Shown here: positions 11,140 to 19,943 of the stretch, piece by piece | Numbering within the stretch: the stretch's first letter is position 1 | How the letters are laid out: each line of letters starts with the position of its first letter | Origin: an uncultured Anaerolineaceae bacterium | GTDB lineage: Bacteria > Chloroflexota > Anaerolineae > Anaerolineales > UBA4823 | Assembly: GCA_964354345.1 (NCBI GenBank) | Contig: CAYGZL010000052.1 | Span: forward strand, 1,707 to 65,706 | DNA: 64,000 bases | Reading direction: 5' to 3' | Made by a program: the position numbers and the translations under genes | The notes under the pieces: generated by a model | Told to the model about the DNA's origin: nothing | Databases searched by the model: none | The model's input: only the letters and a program-made list of their open reading frames with translations

Positions 11140-12351
11140 ATGGATACACTTTCGTTTACAATCGAAAAAGTGATTAAAGCACCAATCACTCAGGTATACC
11201 ATGCCTTTACCAACGCAACAGTCTTGCGGGAGTGGTTATGTGACATTGCCACGGTCGCCCCCCAACCGGGTGGGCGGATTTACATGGTCTGGAATTCAGG
11301 ATACTATACCTGCGGTGAATATATATCGCTTACTCCTGAGAGCGCGATCGTCTTTACCTGGCAAGGTCGCGGAGACCCAGGGCAGACTCAGGTGCGCGTT
11401 GATCTAACCGAAAAAACCGACGGCATCGAGCTGCGTTTGACCCACAGTGGACTAAGCGCTGATCCATCCTGGGCGCGAACTGTGACTGAAATCCAGGAGG
11501 GTTGGAAAAGCGGCCTGGATAACCTGGTCTCGACCTTAGAAACCGGTGAGGATTTACGGATCGTCCGGCGTCCCATGCTTGGAATAACAATCAGTGATTT
11601 TAATGAGGAAATTGCGCGCAATACCGGCGTTCCAGTATCTCAAGGTATTCGCCTGGACAGCGTCCTGGGAGGTATGGGCGCCCAAGCGGCTGGCTTGCAG
11701 GCTGGTGATGTACTGGTCAGTATTGGAGGATTAGCCACTCCAGATTTCGCTTGTCTGTCCAAGGCTGTCCAGGGTCGCCATGCCGGGGAACAAATCGAGG
11801 TGGTTTTTTACCGCGGTCCAGAGAAGAAACAAGTGATTATGCAACTTTCGCACCGCCCAATTCCAGAGATTCCCTGGTCCATCCAGGCTTTGGCGAAAAC
11901 GGTGCGCCAGCAAACTGATGAAGCGCTTGGGACCCTTGACAAGTTCTGTGCGGGCGTTTCCGAATCCGAAGCCGAGTTCAGACCAAAATCCAATGAATGG
12001 AGTTCCAAAGAGGTCCTGGCTCATCTGATCCAAGGTGAGCGTGACCAACAGGCTTATATCGTTGGGTGTGTTGGCAGTCAGGAACAGTGGTCGGATGATT
12101 ATGCCGGCAATTTACAATTTCGCCTCAATGCAACCCTGGTAGTTTATCCTTCATTACCAATGCTGTTGTCAGAATTAAGGCTTCTCATGCTGGAAACCGC
12201 AGCCTTGTACGATAACCTTCCGGTAGATTTTATACAGAGAAAGTCAAGCTATTGGCGGTTGGCTTACCAGGCGTTACAAGGACCATATCACCTGAACACA
12301 CACCTTGAGCAAATGCGCGCCTCCATCGAGGCTAAACGGCGTAGTTCATAA
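11140..12351 (+). CDS. Three-domain protein: SRPBCC (AHSA1-like), PDZ, DinB-like four-helix bundle
   Basis: N-terminus matches the AHSA1/SRPBCC pattern (IKAPITQVYHAFTNATVLREW). The middle matches PDZ (GIRLDSVLGGMGAQAAGLQAGDVLVSIGG). The C-terminus matches DinB (WSSKEVLAHLI...HLNTHLEQM). Confidence 0.6.
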   Translation: MDTLSFTIEKVIKAPITQVYHAFTNATVLREWLCDIATVAPQPGGRIYMVWNSGYYTCGEYISLTPESAIVFTWQGRGDPGQTQVRVDLTEKTDGIELRLTHSGLSADPSWARTVTEIQEGWKSGLDNLVSTLETGEDLRIVRRPMLGITISDFNEEIARNTGVPVSQGIRLDSVLGGMGAQAAGLQAGDVLVSIGGLATPDFACLSKAVQGRHAGEQIEVVFYRGPEKKQVIMQLSHRPIPEIPWSIQALAKTVRQQTDEALGTLDKFCAGVSESEAEFRPKSNEWSSKEVLAHLIQGERDQQAYIVGCVGSQEQWSDDYAGNLQFRLNATLVVYPSLPMLLSELRLLMLETAALYDNLPVDFIQRKSSYWRLAYQALQGPYHLNTHLEQMRASIEAKRRSS

Positions 12352-12359
12352 AGAATTCT

Positions 12360-13115
12360 CTAAGGGATTGTGACGCCCAAAGCTTTCAAGATTGTCCTCA
12401 GGCTGACCAGGATTATTAAAACACCTACCAACCCCATTAACGACCGGGTCGGCAGGTGCTTGGTGACATAAGCAGCCAGGGGTGCTGCTACCGCGCCGCC
12501 AATCAGCAGGCCCAAAATGATCCGCCAGGTGTCCAGAAACCCCAGGGTCAGGATGAAAGTCACTGATTCCGAAAAGGTCACAAAAAATTCAGCCAGGTTA
12601 ACCGATCCGATCGAAAAGCGCGGATGATTACCCCGCGCCACTAGAGTTGTGGTCACCACGGGTCCCCAACCACCTCCACCAATTGCATCAAAGAAACCAC
12701 CCAATAAGCCAAGTGGTTCAATAAAAGTAGTCACTCTGCCATCAATTGAACCACGCTGTAATGCTTTCCATAGGATAACCCCCCCCATAATCAACAAATA
12801 ACCTGAGATAAAGGGTTTAATTACCTCGCCATTGAGTTTGGTCAGCATATAAGCACCAGTTACGCCACCGATTATTCCCGGGATCAATAAACGTCGGATT
12901 AAGTATTTATCTACATTCCCCAGGCGCCAATGGGAAAACCCTGATATCCCTGTAGTAACGACTTCTGCCATATGAACACTGGCGCTAGCAATCACAGGGG
13001 ATATCCCCAATGTAAGCAGCAGCGTATTCGAGCTGACTCCATAAGCCATTCCCAAAGCCCCATCAATCATTTGGGCAATAAAACCAACAATGATAAATAT
13101 AACTACCTGATCCAT
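12360..13115 (-). CDS. TSUP (TauE/SafE) family anion exporter
   Basis: 251 aa, about 8 TM segments, Gly-rich internally duplicated pattern typical of TauE/SafE. Confidence 0.8.
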   Translation of the reverse strand: MDQVVIFIIVGFIAQMIDGALGMAYGVSSNTLLLTLGISPVIASASVHMAEVVTTGISGFSHWRLGNVDKYLIRRLLIPGIIGGVTGAYMLTKLNGEVIKPFISGYLLIMGGVILWKALQRGSIDGRVTTFIEPLGLLGGFFDAIGGGGWGPVVTTTLVARGNHPRFSIGSVNLAEFFVTFSESVTFILTLGFLDTWRIILGLLIGGAVAAPLAAYVTKHLPTRSLMGLVGVLIILVSLRTILKALGVTIP

Positions 13116-13172
13116 TACAAACCCGATGAAAAGGTGAATGAACTAGCTTTTACCCAAATTGGGAGGAATAAC

Positions 13173-13637
13173 TCAAACCGATGATAATGGATAATTCATT
13201 AAGTCTTGGCGGACATGCTCAATGCGCTGTGTGACATCCGCCAGTGTTGTACGATCCAAGATGTCCGCGATCGCATTGCGCACATCCAGCATCACCAACC
13301 GCAATCCACAGGTTTCTTCATCTGGGCAGGCGCATTTCTCATAAGCTGTTTGGCTAACGCACCGGATAGGCGCTAATGGTCCGTCTAGCACACGCACAAT
13401 TTGCCCTAAGGTAATTTGATTGGCTGGTTTCCCAAGGTAATAACCTCCCCCGCTGCCCATGCGACTCTTTACCAGCCCGGCATTTTTCAAGGTTAATAAG
13501 ATTTGCTCAAGGAACTTAACCGGTATTTTCTCGCGTGTCGCAATTTCCTTGATCTGGACAACTTCTCCTAAGCCTTCTTTAGAAGACAGAGTAATTAGAG
13601 CCCGGATACCATATTCGCCTCGTTTAGAGAGTTTCAT
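13173..13637 (-). CDS. Rrf2-family transcriptional regulator with a Cys cluster (IscR/CymR-like)
   Basis: MKLSKRGEYGIRAL is a typical Rrf2 N-terminus. Cys residues occur in CVSQTAYEKCACPDEETC. The alternative start at 13652 would add 5 aa. Confidence 0.85.
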   Translation of the reverse strand: MKLSKRGEYGIRALITLSSKEGLGEVVQIKEIATREKIPVKFLEQILLTLKNAGLVKSRMGSGGGYYLGKPANQITLGQIVRVLDGPLAPIRCVSQTAYEKCACPDEETCGLRLVMLDVRNAIADILDRTTLADVTQRIEHVRQDLMNYPLSSV

Positions 13638-13791
13638 ATTTTCCAATTCCATACTACTTCTATCATAATAATATTTTCGATAGGATAACCGACTGAGAAT
13701 AAGTTGTCAAGCCCTACATTGCCAGCAGGGCGATTTTGGCGTAAAATGGCAATCATTATCCTATATTTAACCAGAAAGAGTATACCGTAGC

Positions 13792-14712
13792 GTGGTAAAA
13801 ACTGGATCATCTGTCTACACGATCGACTTAAATTTCATGGGATTGCCCGGAGCCATCGCCAGTTACCTTATCCCTCATGCACACGGCGCGGTTTTAATTG
13901 AGAGTGGCCCTGGATCCACATTGCCCGGTCTGCAAGCTGGTTTGAAGGCTCACGGTCTGACAGTCTCCGACATCACCGATGTACTTATAACCCATATCCA
14001 CTTGGATCATGGTGGTGCAGCCGGCTGGTTGGCCCGTCAGGGCGCCCGTATCCACGTTCACCCGGCAGGAGCACCGCACCTGATTGATCCCCAAAAGTTG
14101 CTCTCAAGCGCCGCCCGTATTTATGGCGATCAGATGCAATCCTTGTGGGGTGAATTCTTGCCTGTCCCTGAAGAACGCCTGATGATTATCCAAGATGGAG
14201 AAGAGCTTGAGATTGAAGGTTTACGCTTTCGCGCACTGGATACACCAGGTCATGCGAACCATCATAATGTCTATCTTTTTGAAGGAATTTGTTTCTCTGG
14301 CGATTTTGGCGGCATTCGCATGCAGGGCATCCGTCATTTACGCCTCCCTATGCCGCCCCCCGAATTTATCCTGGAACAGTGGCATACCAGTCTGGTCAGG
14401 TTAAGGGCTGAACATTCGAGCGGTGCCTTCAACCAAATCGCCCCAACGCATTTCGGTATCTTTACCGATGCGAGTTGGCATCTGGATAGCCTGGGAAAAG
14501 CCTTGGACGAAATTGAAGACTGGATGTCGGCTGTCATGCCCGGCCATCCTGGGCTCGATGAACTTAACAAGAGCTTTTTAGCCTGGATACGCCGCCGGTC
14601 AGAAGCGGATGGTCTGGATACCACCGCGTACGATATCTATGAAGCCGCTAATCCTTCCTGGATGTCCAGCCAAGGGATATTAAGGTATTGGAATAAATAC
14701 CGGATCAAGTAA
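13792..14712 (+). CDS. MBL-fold metallo-hydrolase
   Basis: THIHLDHGG metal-binding motif. GTG start. Confidence 0.8.
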   Translation: MVKTGSSVYTIDLNFMGLPGAIASYLIPHAHGAVLIESGPGSTLPGLQAGLKAHGLTVSDITDVLITHIHLDHGGAAGWLARQGARIHVHPAGAPHLIDPQKLLSSAARIYGDQMQSLWGEFLPVPEERLMIIQDGEELEIEGLRFRALDTPGHANHHNVYLFEGICFSGDFGGIRMQGIRHLRLPMPPPEFILEQWHTSLVRLRAEHSSGAFNQIAPTHFGIFTDASWHLDSLGKALDEIEDWMSAVMPGHPGLDELNKSFLAWIRRRSEADGLDTTAYDIYEAANPSWMSSQGILRYWNKYRIK

Positions 14713-14740
14713 ATCCTTTTCCATGACATGATAGAAACTG

Positions 14741-15418
14741 TCATCGTCGAACTGATTCAGATCTACCCACCTGGAAAAGGCATTGCGATAAGCCAGGTTG
14801 GTCTTCGTGATGTCTGATGAGTTGCACAACAGGAGTATCCAACAAACCCTGCAAAAAATAACGGTCCAGTTGGCATAGCTCCGGATGAGTGTTGATGACT
14901 GCTTTGTAAGGACAATGGATCAGCACCAACCGCGGCCCTTCGGCATGCGCCTCCCAACGCGCTTGATAATTAAGCAGGTTCAATAATCGAATCACTCCAT
15001 TCAGCCGGCGTGTCAAGGTTTGGGTTTTACTAGAATTTACTTCGGTTATTCCAGATTGTGGTTTACTTAATCCATCGAGCATCCGTCTAGCCGTTCGTTG
15101 TAGAATCTCTCGTTGCGTTTCAGATGACAAGTCGCTAAACAATTCAGTCAGTAAAGCATCTGACAGGCAATCCAAATTATGCCCGAGTGTTTGCTCGGAT
15201 AATTTATATAGGGTTGCTGGCCGGCCTTTGGCAACCTGATTTTTCTGTCCCCCTTCTTCCACCAGGCCTTGTTCTTGTAAGATAGTCAAGTGATACCGGA
15301 TGTTCGCTTCGGTTACTTTCATTACCTGGCTTAACTCGGCGACTGAAACAAGGGGATGCTGGCGAATATAGTCACACAAACGCTGGCGAGCGGTTTTCAT
15401 GATCGAATTGTAATCCAA
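14741..15418 (-). CDS. Winged-helix transcriptional regulator, SufR-like (tentative)
   Basis: N-terminal wHTH (VSVAELSQVMKVTEANIRYHLTILQEQGLVEE...GRPATLYKLS). A C-x12-C pair (HCPYKAVINTHPELC) and one more Cys lie in the C-terminal half. Confidence 0.6.
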   Translation of the reverse strand: MDYNSIMKTARQRLCDYIRQHPLVSVAELSQVMKVTEANIRYHLTILQEQGLVEEGGQKNQVAKGRPATLYKLSEQTLGHNLDCLSDALLTELFSDLSSETQREILQRTARRMLDGLSKPQSGITEVNSSKTQTLTRRLNGVIRLLNLLNYQARWEAHAEGPRLVLIHCPYKAVINTHPELCQLDRYFLQGLLDTPVVQLIRHHEDQPGLSQCLFQVGRSESVRR

Positions 15419-15430
15419 CTACATAATTTC

Positions 15431-15446
15431 GCAAATATATATTTGC
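15431..15446. promoter_or_regulatory. Perfect 16-bp palindrome in the divergent regulator/iscX-nuo intergenic region
   Basis: GCAAATATATATTTGC lies 12 nt from the regulator start codon and 55 nt upstream of the iscX-like ATG. Confidence 0.4.
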
Positions 15447-15501
15447 TTTTATGCATGGTTCTCCGAAGAAATACGAGTATAATTGTGTCTGTTTTGTAAT
15501 T

Positions 15502-15717
15502 ATGGTAGATCAATGCTTAACCTGGGAAGACACTTTCGCCATTGTTCAGTTTTTACGCGCCCAACATCCCGGAGTCAATCTTGAACAAATTACGCTGGGT
15601 AATATTTATGAATGGACGACCCAGCTTCCGGATTTTCACGATGATCGAGCGCTTGCCAATGAAGGCATCTTGTTGGCAATAATCCAAGAATGGTTTGAGG
15701 AGTTATCCAATCTATGA
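15502..15717 (+). CDS. iscX: IscX (YfhJ)-like small acidic protein
   Basis: [59 protein letters not shown] aligns along its whole length with my recollection of E. coli IscX ([58 protein letters not shown]). Its stop overlaps the nuoB ATG. Confidence 0.7.
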   Translation: MVDQCLTWEDTFAIVQFLRAQHPGVNLEQITLGNIYEWTTQLPDFHDDRALANEGILLAIIQEWFEELSNL

Positions 15718-16370
15718 GTACAATGAAACAAGATAATATAAAAAACACGCATTACGATGTGCCGCCCGAGCTTGAACGCCAGGTGAATATCACTACACTC
15801 GACAAAATATATAATTGGGGCCGGCGCTCATCCATTTGGCCAATGATGTTTGGTCTGGCCTGCTGTGCGATTGAGATGATCTGTACTGCTGCCAGCCGCT
15901 TTGATTTTTCACGCTTTGGGATGGAAGTGATGCGACCAAGCCCACGTCAGGCTGACCTAATGATCGTATCAGGAACCGTTACCAAGAAAATGATCCCCCA
16001 GATTGTGCGCCTGTATAATCAGATGCCTGAACCCAAATATGTGGTTGCCATGGGCGCATGTGCGTCCGGCGGTGGACCATTCAAAGAAGGTTATAACGTT
16101 GTCTCAGGCGTCGATAATTACATACCTGTGGATGTTTACATCCCTGGTTGCCCACCCACACCTCAGGCCTTGTTGCATGGCTTGATCACGTTGCAAAAAA
16201 GGATTGACGCCCAACACTGGCGGGACACCCGTTGGTATGGAAAGGACCCAGTTCCCGAAATCCCGGTTCCTGTGCTGGGTCCGGATGTGATGGATCCGCG
16301 TGAATATGCCAAGATTCGAGAAGTCTCCCTCCAGCAGTTGCCCCCCCAAACTGCTACTGAATCTGAATAG
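15714..16370 (+). CDS. nuoB: NADH-quinone oxidoreductase subunit B
   Basis: N2-cluster motifs are present: [25 protein letters not shown]. Confidence 0.9.
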   Translation: MSTMKQDNIKNTHYDVPPELERQVNITTLDKIYNWGRRSSIWPMMFGLACCAIEMICTAASRFDFSRFGMEVMRPSPRQADLMIVSGTVTKKMIPQIVRLYNQMPEPKYVVAMGACASGGGPFKEGYNVVSGVDNYIPVDVYIPGCPPTPQALLHGLITLQKRIDAQHWRDTRWYGKDPVPEIPVPVLGPDVMDPREYAKIREVSLQQLPPQTATESE

Positions 16371-16391
16371 CTGAGGCAATTGGAGCATTTT

Positions 16392-18134
16392 ATGAGTGAA
16401 CAAACATTCCTCGTCGATCTTAACCTGGCATCCCGGTTCCCAGACTCAGTAACAGTGGACACCCGTAAAGGATATGGGGGGTATATCATCAACTCGGACA
16501 ACCTGATCAAAATAGCTACCACGATCCGTGATGATTTGGGTTACGACTATCTATCCTCAGTTACCGGTGTCGATTATCCAGAGGAAGGTAGATTGGAAGT
16601 TGTCTATCATGCATACAAGACTACTGGAGGTCCAGGGCTGGTCTTTAAGACCCAGACGCCACGTGAGAATGCCGTAGTCCCCTCGTTGATTCGCGTTTAT
16701 CCTGGTGTGGATTTCCAGGAAAGGGAAACCTGGGATTTACTCGGGATTCGCTTCGAAGGTCATCCGGATATGCGTCGCATCTTACTTTGGGAAGGTTTCG
16801 AGGGCCATCCGCTCCGCAAAGACTGGCGAGAACCTTACTATGAAGAAGAAAACAAGCCATTAAAAAGCCGTTGGCCTGAGGGTCATGTCCGGCGTGTTGA
16901 AGATGATAATGCTTTTCATAAAAACGTCCACTATCCAGCCGGCTTTAATCCCGATACCTGGATGCCCGATGACGATGCTGCCCTATATGCCAGCTTAAAC
17001 CGTTCTATAAAACGGCACGAAGGCGGCCAAGGGAAGACCGATACTGTCGTTGTTAACCTCGGCCCACAACATCCATCTACACACGGTGTATTCCGGGTCA
17101 CCGTCGCGCTGGATGGTGAAACAATTGTTGCCCTCAAACCTGTGATGGGTTATCTTCATCGCAACCACGAGAAAATTTGCGAACGGAATACATTCCTTCA
17201 AAACATGCCTTTCACTGACCGCCTGGATTATCTTTCTTCGCTGAGTAACAACTTCGGGTACGCAATTGCGGTCGAAAAGCTGATGAACATCCATCCTCCA
17301 GAGCGGGCGGATTACCTGCGCGTGATTATGGCAGAATTTACCCGGATCAGCAATCACTTATTTGCTGTTGGCACCTTCCTCAATGACCTGGGGGCTTACT
17401 TCACTCCAGTGTTATATGCAATTGAGGAACGCGAGTTGATTCTGGATGTCTTTGAAGCAGTTACCGGTTCGCGGATGATGTGCAATTATTTCCGTTTTGG
17501 CGGTGTTGCCCGTGATCTACCCGAAGGAATTTACGAAAAAATTCGCAAGTTGGTCTTCGATCGTCTGCCGCGTAAGATCGATGAACTGGATCTGTACTTA
17601 ACCAACAACGAAATTATCCGCTCACGTGCCGAAGGTGTGGGGGTACTTACCCCTGAACAAGCAATTGCCTATTCGACCTGTGGACCCACTCTGCGCGCTT
17701 CGGGCGTACCCTATGATATCCGCCGCGCAGAACCCTACGGGATTTATGATCGTTTCGATTTCGATGTGGCTGTCCGTTATCATGGCGATACCTATGACCG
17801 CTATCTGATCCGGATAGACGAAATTCGCCAGAGTTTGCGTATCTTGCAGCAGGCGGTGCGCGATTTACCGGGCGGACCAATCCAGGAAGGGAAACCTCAA
17901 TACCAGGTACGGGTACCAGCCGGGGAATCTTACGGGCGCGTTGAAGGGCCAAAGGGCGAGCTGGGATTTTATGTGGTTTCCACCGGTAAGCCGAATCCAT
18001 GGCGGTATCATGTTCGTGCGCCATCGTTCATTAATCTGACTGCTTACGAAACGATGTGCGTGGGCAATAAAATCGCAGATGTGGTCGCTATCCTGGGTTC
18101 AATTGATATCGTCCTGGGCGAGACGGATCGCTAA
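16392..18134 (+). CDS. nuoCD: NADH-quinone oxidoreductase fused subunits C/D
   Basis: The N-terminal third is NuoC-like. GPQHPSTHGVFR and the C-terminal DIVLGETDR are typical of NuoD and show no NiFe-binding Cys pairs. The ATG at 16392 follows GGAG. Confidence 0.9.
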   Translation: MSEQTFLVDLNLASRFPDSVTVDTRKGYGGYIINSDNLIKIATTIRDDLGYDYLSSVTGVDYPEEGRLEVVYHAYKTTGGPGLVFKTQTPRENAVVPSLIRVYPGVDFQERETWDLLGIRFEGHPDMRRILLWEGFEGHPLRKDWREPYYEEENKPLKSRWPEGHVRRVEDDNAFHKNVHYPAGFNPDTWMPDDDAALYASLNRSIKRHEGGQGKTDTVVVNLGPQHPSTHGVFRVTVALDGETIVALKPVMGYLHRNHEKICERNTFLQNMPFTDRLDYLSSLSNNFGYAIAVEKLMNIHPPERADYLRVIMAEFTRISNHLFAVGTFLNDLGAYFTPVLYAIEERELILDVFEAVTGSRMMCNYFRFGGVARDLPEGIYEKIRKLVFDRLPRKIDELDLYLTNNEIIRSRAEGVGVLTPEQAIAYSTCGPTLRASGVPYDIRRAEPYGIYDRFDFDVAVRYHGDTYDRYLIRIDEIRQSLRILQQAVRDLPGGPIQEGKPQYQVRVPAGESYGRVEGPKGELGFYVVSTGKPNPWRYHVRAPSFINLTAYETMCVGNKIADVVAILGSIDIVLGETDR

Positions 18135-18147
18135 AGAAACGGAGTAG

Positions 18148-18759
18148 TTGAAAATGGACGGAATGGGTATTCTGAAAGGAATGGGCGTTACCTTAAAACG
18201 CTTTGTTGATACATTTCTCGACGACATCCAATGGTGGCGGAAACGTTATTACACTCAGGAAGGGCTGGCGCACCGATTGAGTACTGAAACACGCGGTGTT
18301 TTCACGGTTCAATATCCTGAGGAAAAGATGCCTGTTCCTGAAGAGTTTCGCTATGTGCCCTTCCTGATTTATGAAGTGGGACTCGACGGTGAGAAAAAGG
18401 ATCGTTGTACTTCCTGTGGCATCTGCGCCAAGGTTTGCCCTCCTCAATGTATCTGGATCGTCCGTACCAATGATCCAAAAACTGGCAGGCCAATTCCAGA
18501 GCCAAAAGATTTTTCTATTGATGTAGACATTTGTATGAATTGCGGTTTCTGCGCCGAATATTGCCCTTTCGACGCGATCAAGATGGATCACAATTATGAG
18601 CTCTCGGTATATAACCGCCATAGAAGCAATATCTTCAATAAGGAAAAACTTTCCAGACCGCTCTCATACTATGAAAGCATCCGACCTGTAAATGCTGCAC
18701 AGGAAGCTGCTGACCGGGCTGCTGCTGAAGCAGCTAAAGCGGCCAGGAAGAAAACCTAG
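18148..18759 (+). CDS. nuoI: NADH-quinone oxidoreductase subunit I (2x[4Fe-4S])
   Basis: CTSCGICAKVCP and CMNCGFCAEYCP motifs, with an Ala/Lys-rich C-terminal tail. The start may instead be the ATG at 18154. Confidence 0.9.
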   Translation: MKMDGMGILKGMGVTLKRFVDTFLDDIQWWRKRYYTQEGLAHRLSTETRGVFTVQYPEEKMPVPEEFRYVPFLIYEVGLDGEKKDRCTSCGICAKVCPPQCIWIVRTNDPKTGRPIPEPKDFSIDVDICMNCGFCAEYCPFDAIKMDHNYELSVYNRHRSNIFNKEKLSRPLSYYESIRPVNAAQEAADRAAAEAAKAARKKT

Positions 18760-18784
18760 GGGTAATCCATCCAGGAAGGTAAAA

Positions 18785-19876
18785 ATGGTTAATATTGGTA
18801 AAGGAAAGCTAAACGAGGAAGCAATTCTCGCTGCATTGAGCAAAGTTCAAGAGCCAGAGCTACATAAAGACCTGGTAACGCTGAATATGATTCGAGATCT
18901 TAAGCTAGAGGGGGATCAAGTCTCCTTCACAATCATGTTGACTACTCCGGCTTGTCCTTTGAAGAATCGAATCCAACGCGAAGCACAGGAAGCCGTGATG
19001 ACTGTACCTGGTGTTGCCACCGTGAAAATCCAATTCGCTTCGAATGTCCCTGACGACGGACGAGCGCGTGGACTATTGCAACTCCCCATCCGCAATGCTA
19101 TCGCCATTGCATCTGGTAAAGGTGGGGTTGGTAAGAGCACAGTGGCAGTGAATATGGCAGTTATCCTGGCTCAGAGCGGCGCCCGAGTCGGCCTGTTAGA
19201 CGCAGATATCTATGGCCCAAACATTCCCACCATGATGGGTGTTGACCAGCTCCCGCCAATGGCAGATGGAAAGCTGGTCCCAGCGGAAGCGTATGGGGTA
19301 AAAGTTATGTCGATCGGCTTCCTGGTCAAGCCAGGTCAACCCCTGATATGGCGCGGCCCGATGCTTCACTCAGCAATCCGGCAGTTCCTCAGTGATGTTG
19401 CCTGGGGTGAATTAGATTACCTGGTCATTGACCTACCACCAGGCACTGGAGATGCAGCCTTAAGCCTGGCGCAATCCATGCCACTCAGCGGGAGTGTAAT
19501 CGTCACACTACCCCAGCTGGTTTCTCTGGAAGATGCTCGTCGCAGTCTGGAAATGTTTCGCCAGCTCGATGTTGACGTTCTCGGGGTCGTCGAAAATATG
19601 AGCTATCTGGAACTATCGGATGGAACCCGCTTGGATATCTTCGGTTCGGGGGGTGGGCGCCGTCTGGCAGAGGAAGCTGGTGTGCCTTTCATCGGTGCGA
19701 TACCGATTGACCCGGCGGTGCGCAGTGGAGGCGACCAGGGGGAACCCGTGGTGGTCACCAAACCCGAATCACCTGTTGCCCAGGCACTGCGTATGCTGAC
19801 GGAAGATATCGCGGCAAAGATAAGCATCGCAGCTACCCAACATACCAATGGGATTCCATTGGATCTGATACGCTAG
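18785..19876 (+). CDS. mrp: Mrp/ApbC/NBP35-family P-loop ATPase with N-terminal DUF59; the CxxC motif is absent
   Basis: DUF59 region (LHKDLVTLNMIRDL..TTPACPLK) and deviant Walker A SGKGGVGKST. Where homologs carry ENMSxxxCxxCG, this protein reads ENMSYLELSDGTRLDIFG. The track start at 18692 overlaps nuoI and is rejected. Confidence 0.85.
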   Translation: MVNIGKGKLNEEAILAALSKVQEPELHKDLVTLNMIRDLKLEGDQVSFTIMLTTPACPLKNRIQREAQEAVMTVPGVATVKIQFASNVPDDGRARGLLQLPIRNAIAIASGKGGVGKSTVAVNMAVILAQSGARVGLLDADIYGPNIPTMMGVDQLPPMADGKLVPAEAYGVKVMSIGFLVKPGQPLIWRGPMLHSAIRQFLSDVAWGELDYLVIDLPPGTGDAALSLAQSMPLSGSVIVTLPQLVSLEDARRSLEMFRQLDVDVLGVVENMSYLELSDGTRLDIFGSGGGRRLAEEAGVPFIGAIPIDPAVRSGGDQGEPVVVTKPESPVAQALRMLTEDIAAKISIAATQHTNGIPLDLIR

Positions 19877-19943
19877 TTCGGTGAAGGTCGGGAGGAAGGA
19901 AAAAGAACTTCCCCACGGCCTATCATCCTGTTTTTGAATAATT

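Noticed and set aside
13680-13764. 9-bp inverted pair ATAGGATAA / TTATCCTAT as a firm Rrf2 operator.
   Set aside because: The arms are 67 nt apart, short and AT-rich, so a chance occurrence is plausible. It is mentioned only as context in a finding.
18692-18784. Upstream extension of the mrp ORF overlapping nuoI, and the analogous extension of mreC (27767-27877) inside mreB.
   Set aside because: Both extensions run in alternative frames of well-supported genes. The internal ATGs (18785 and 27878) have better context, and 27878 forms an ATGA overlap with mreB.
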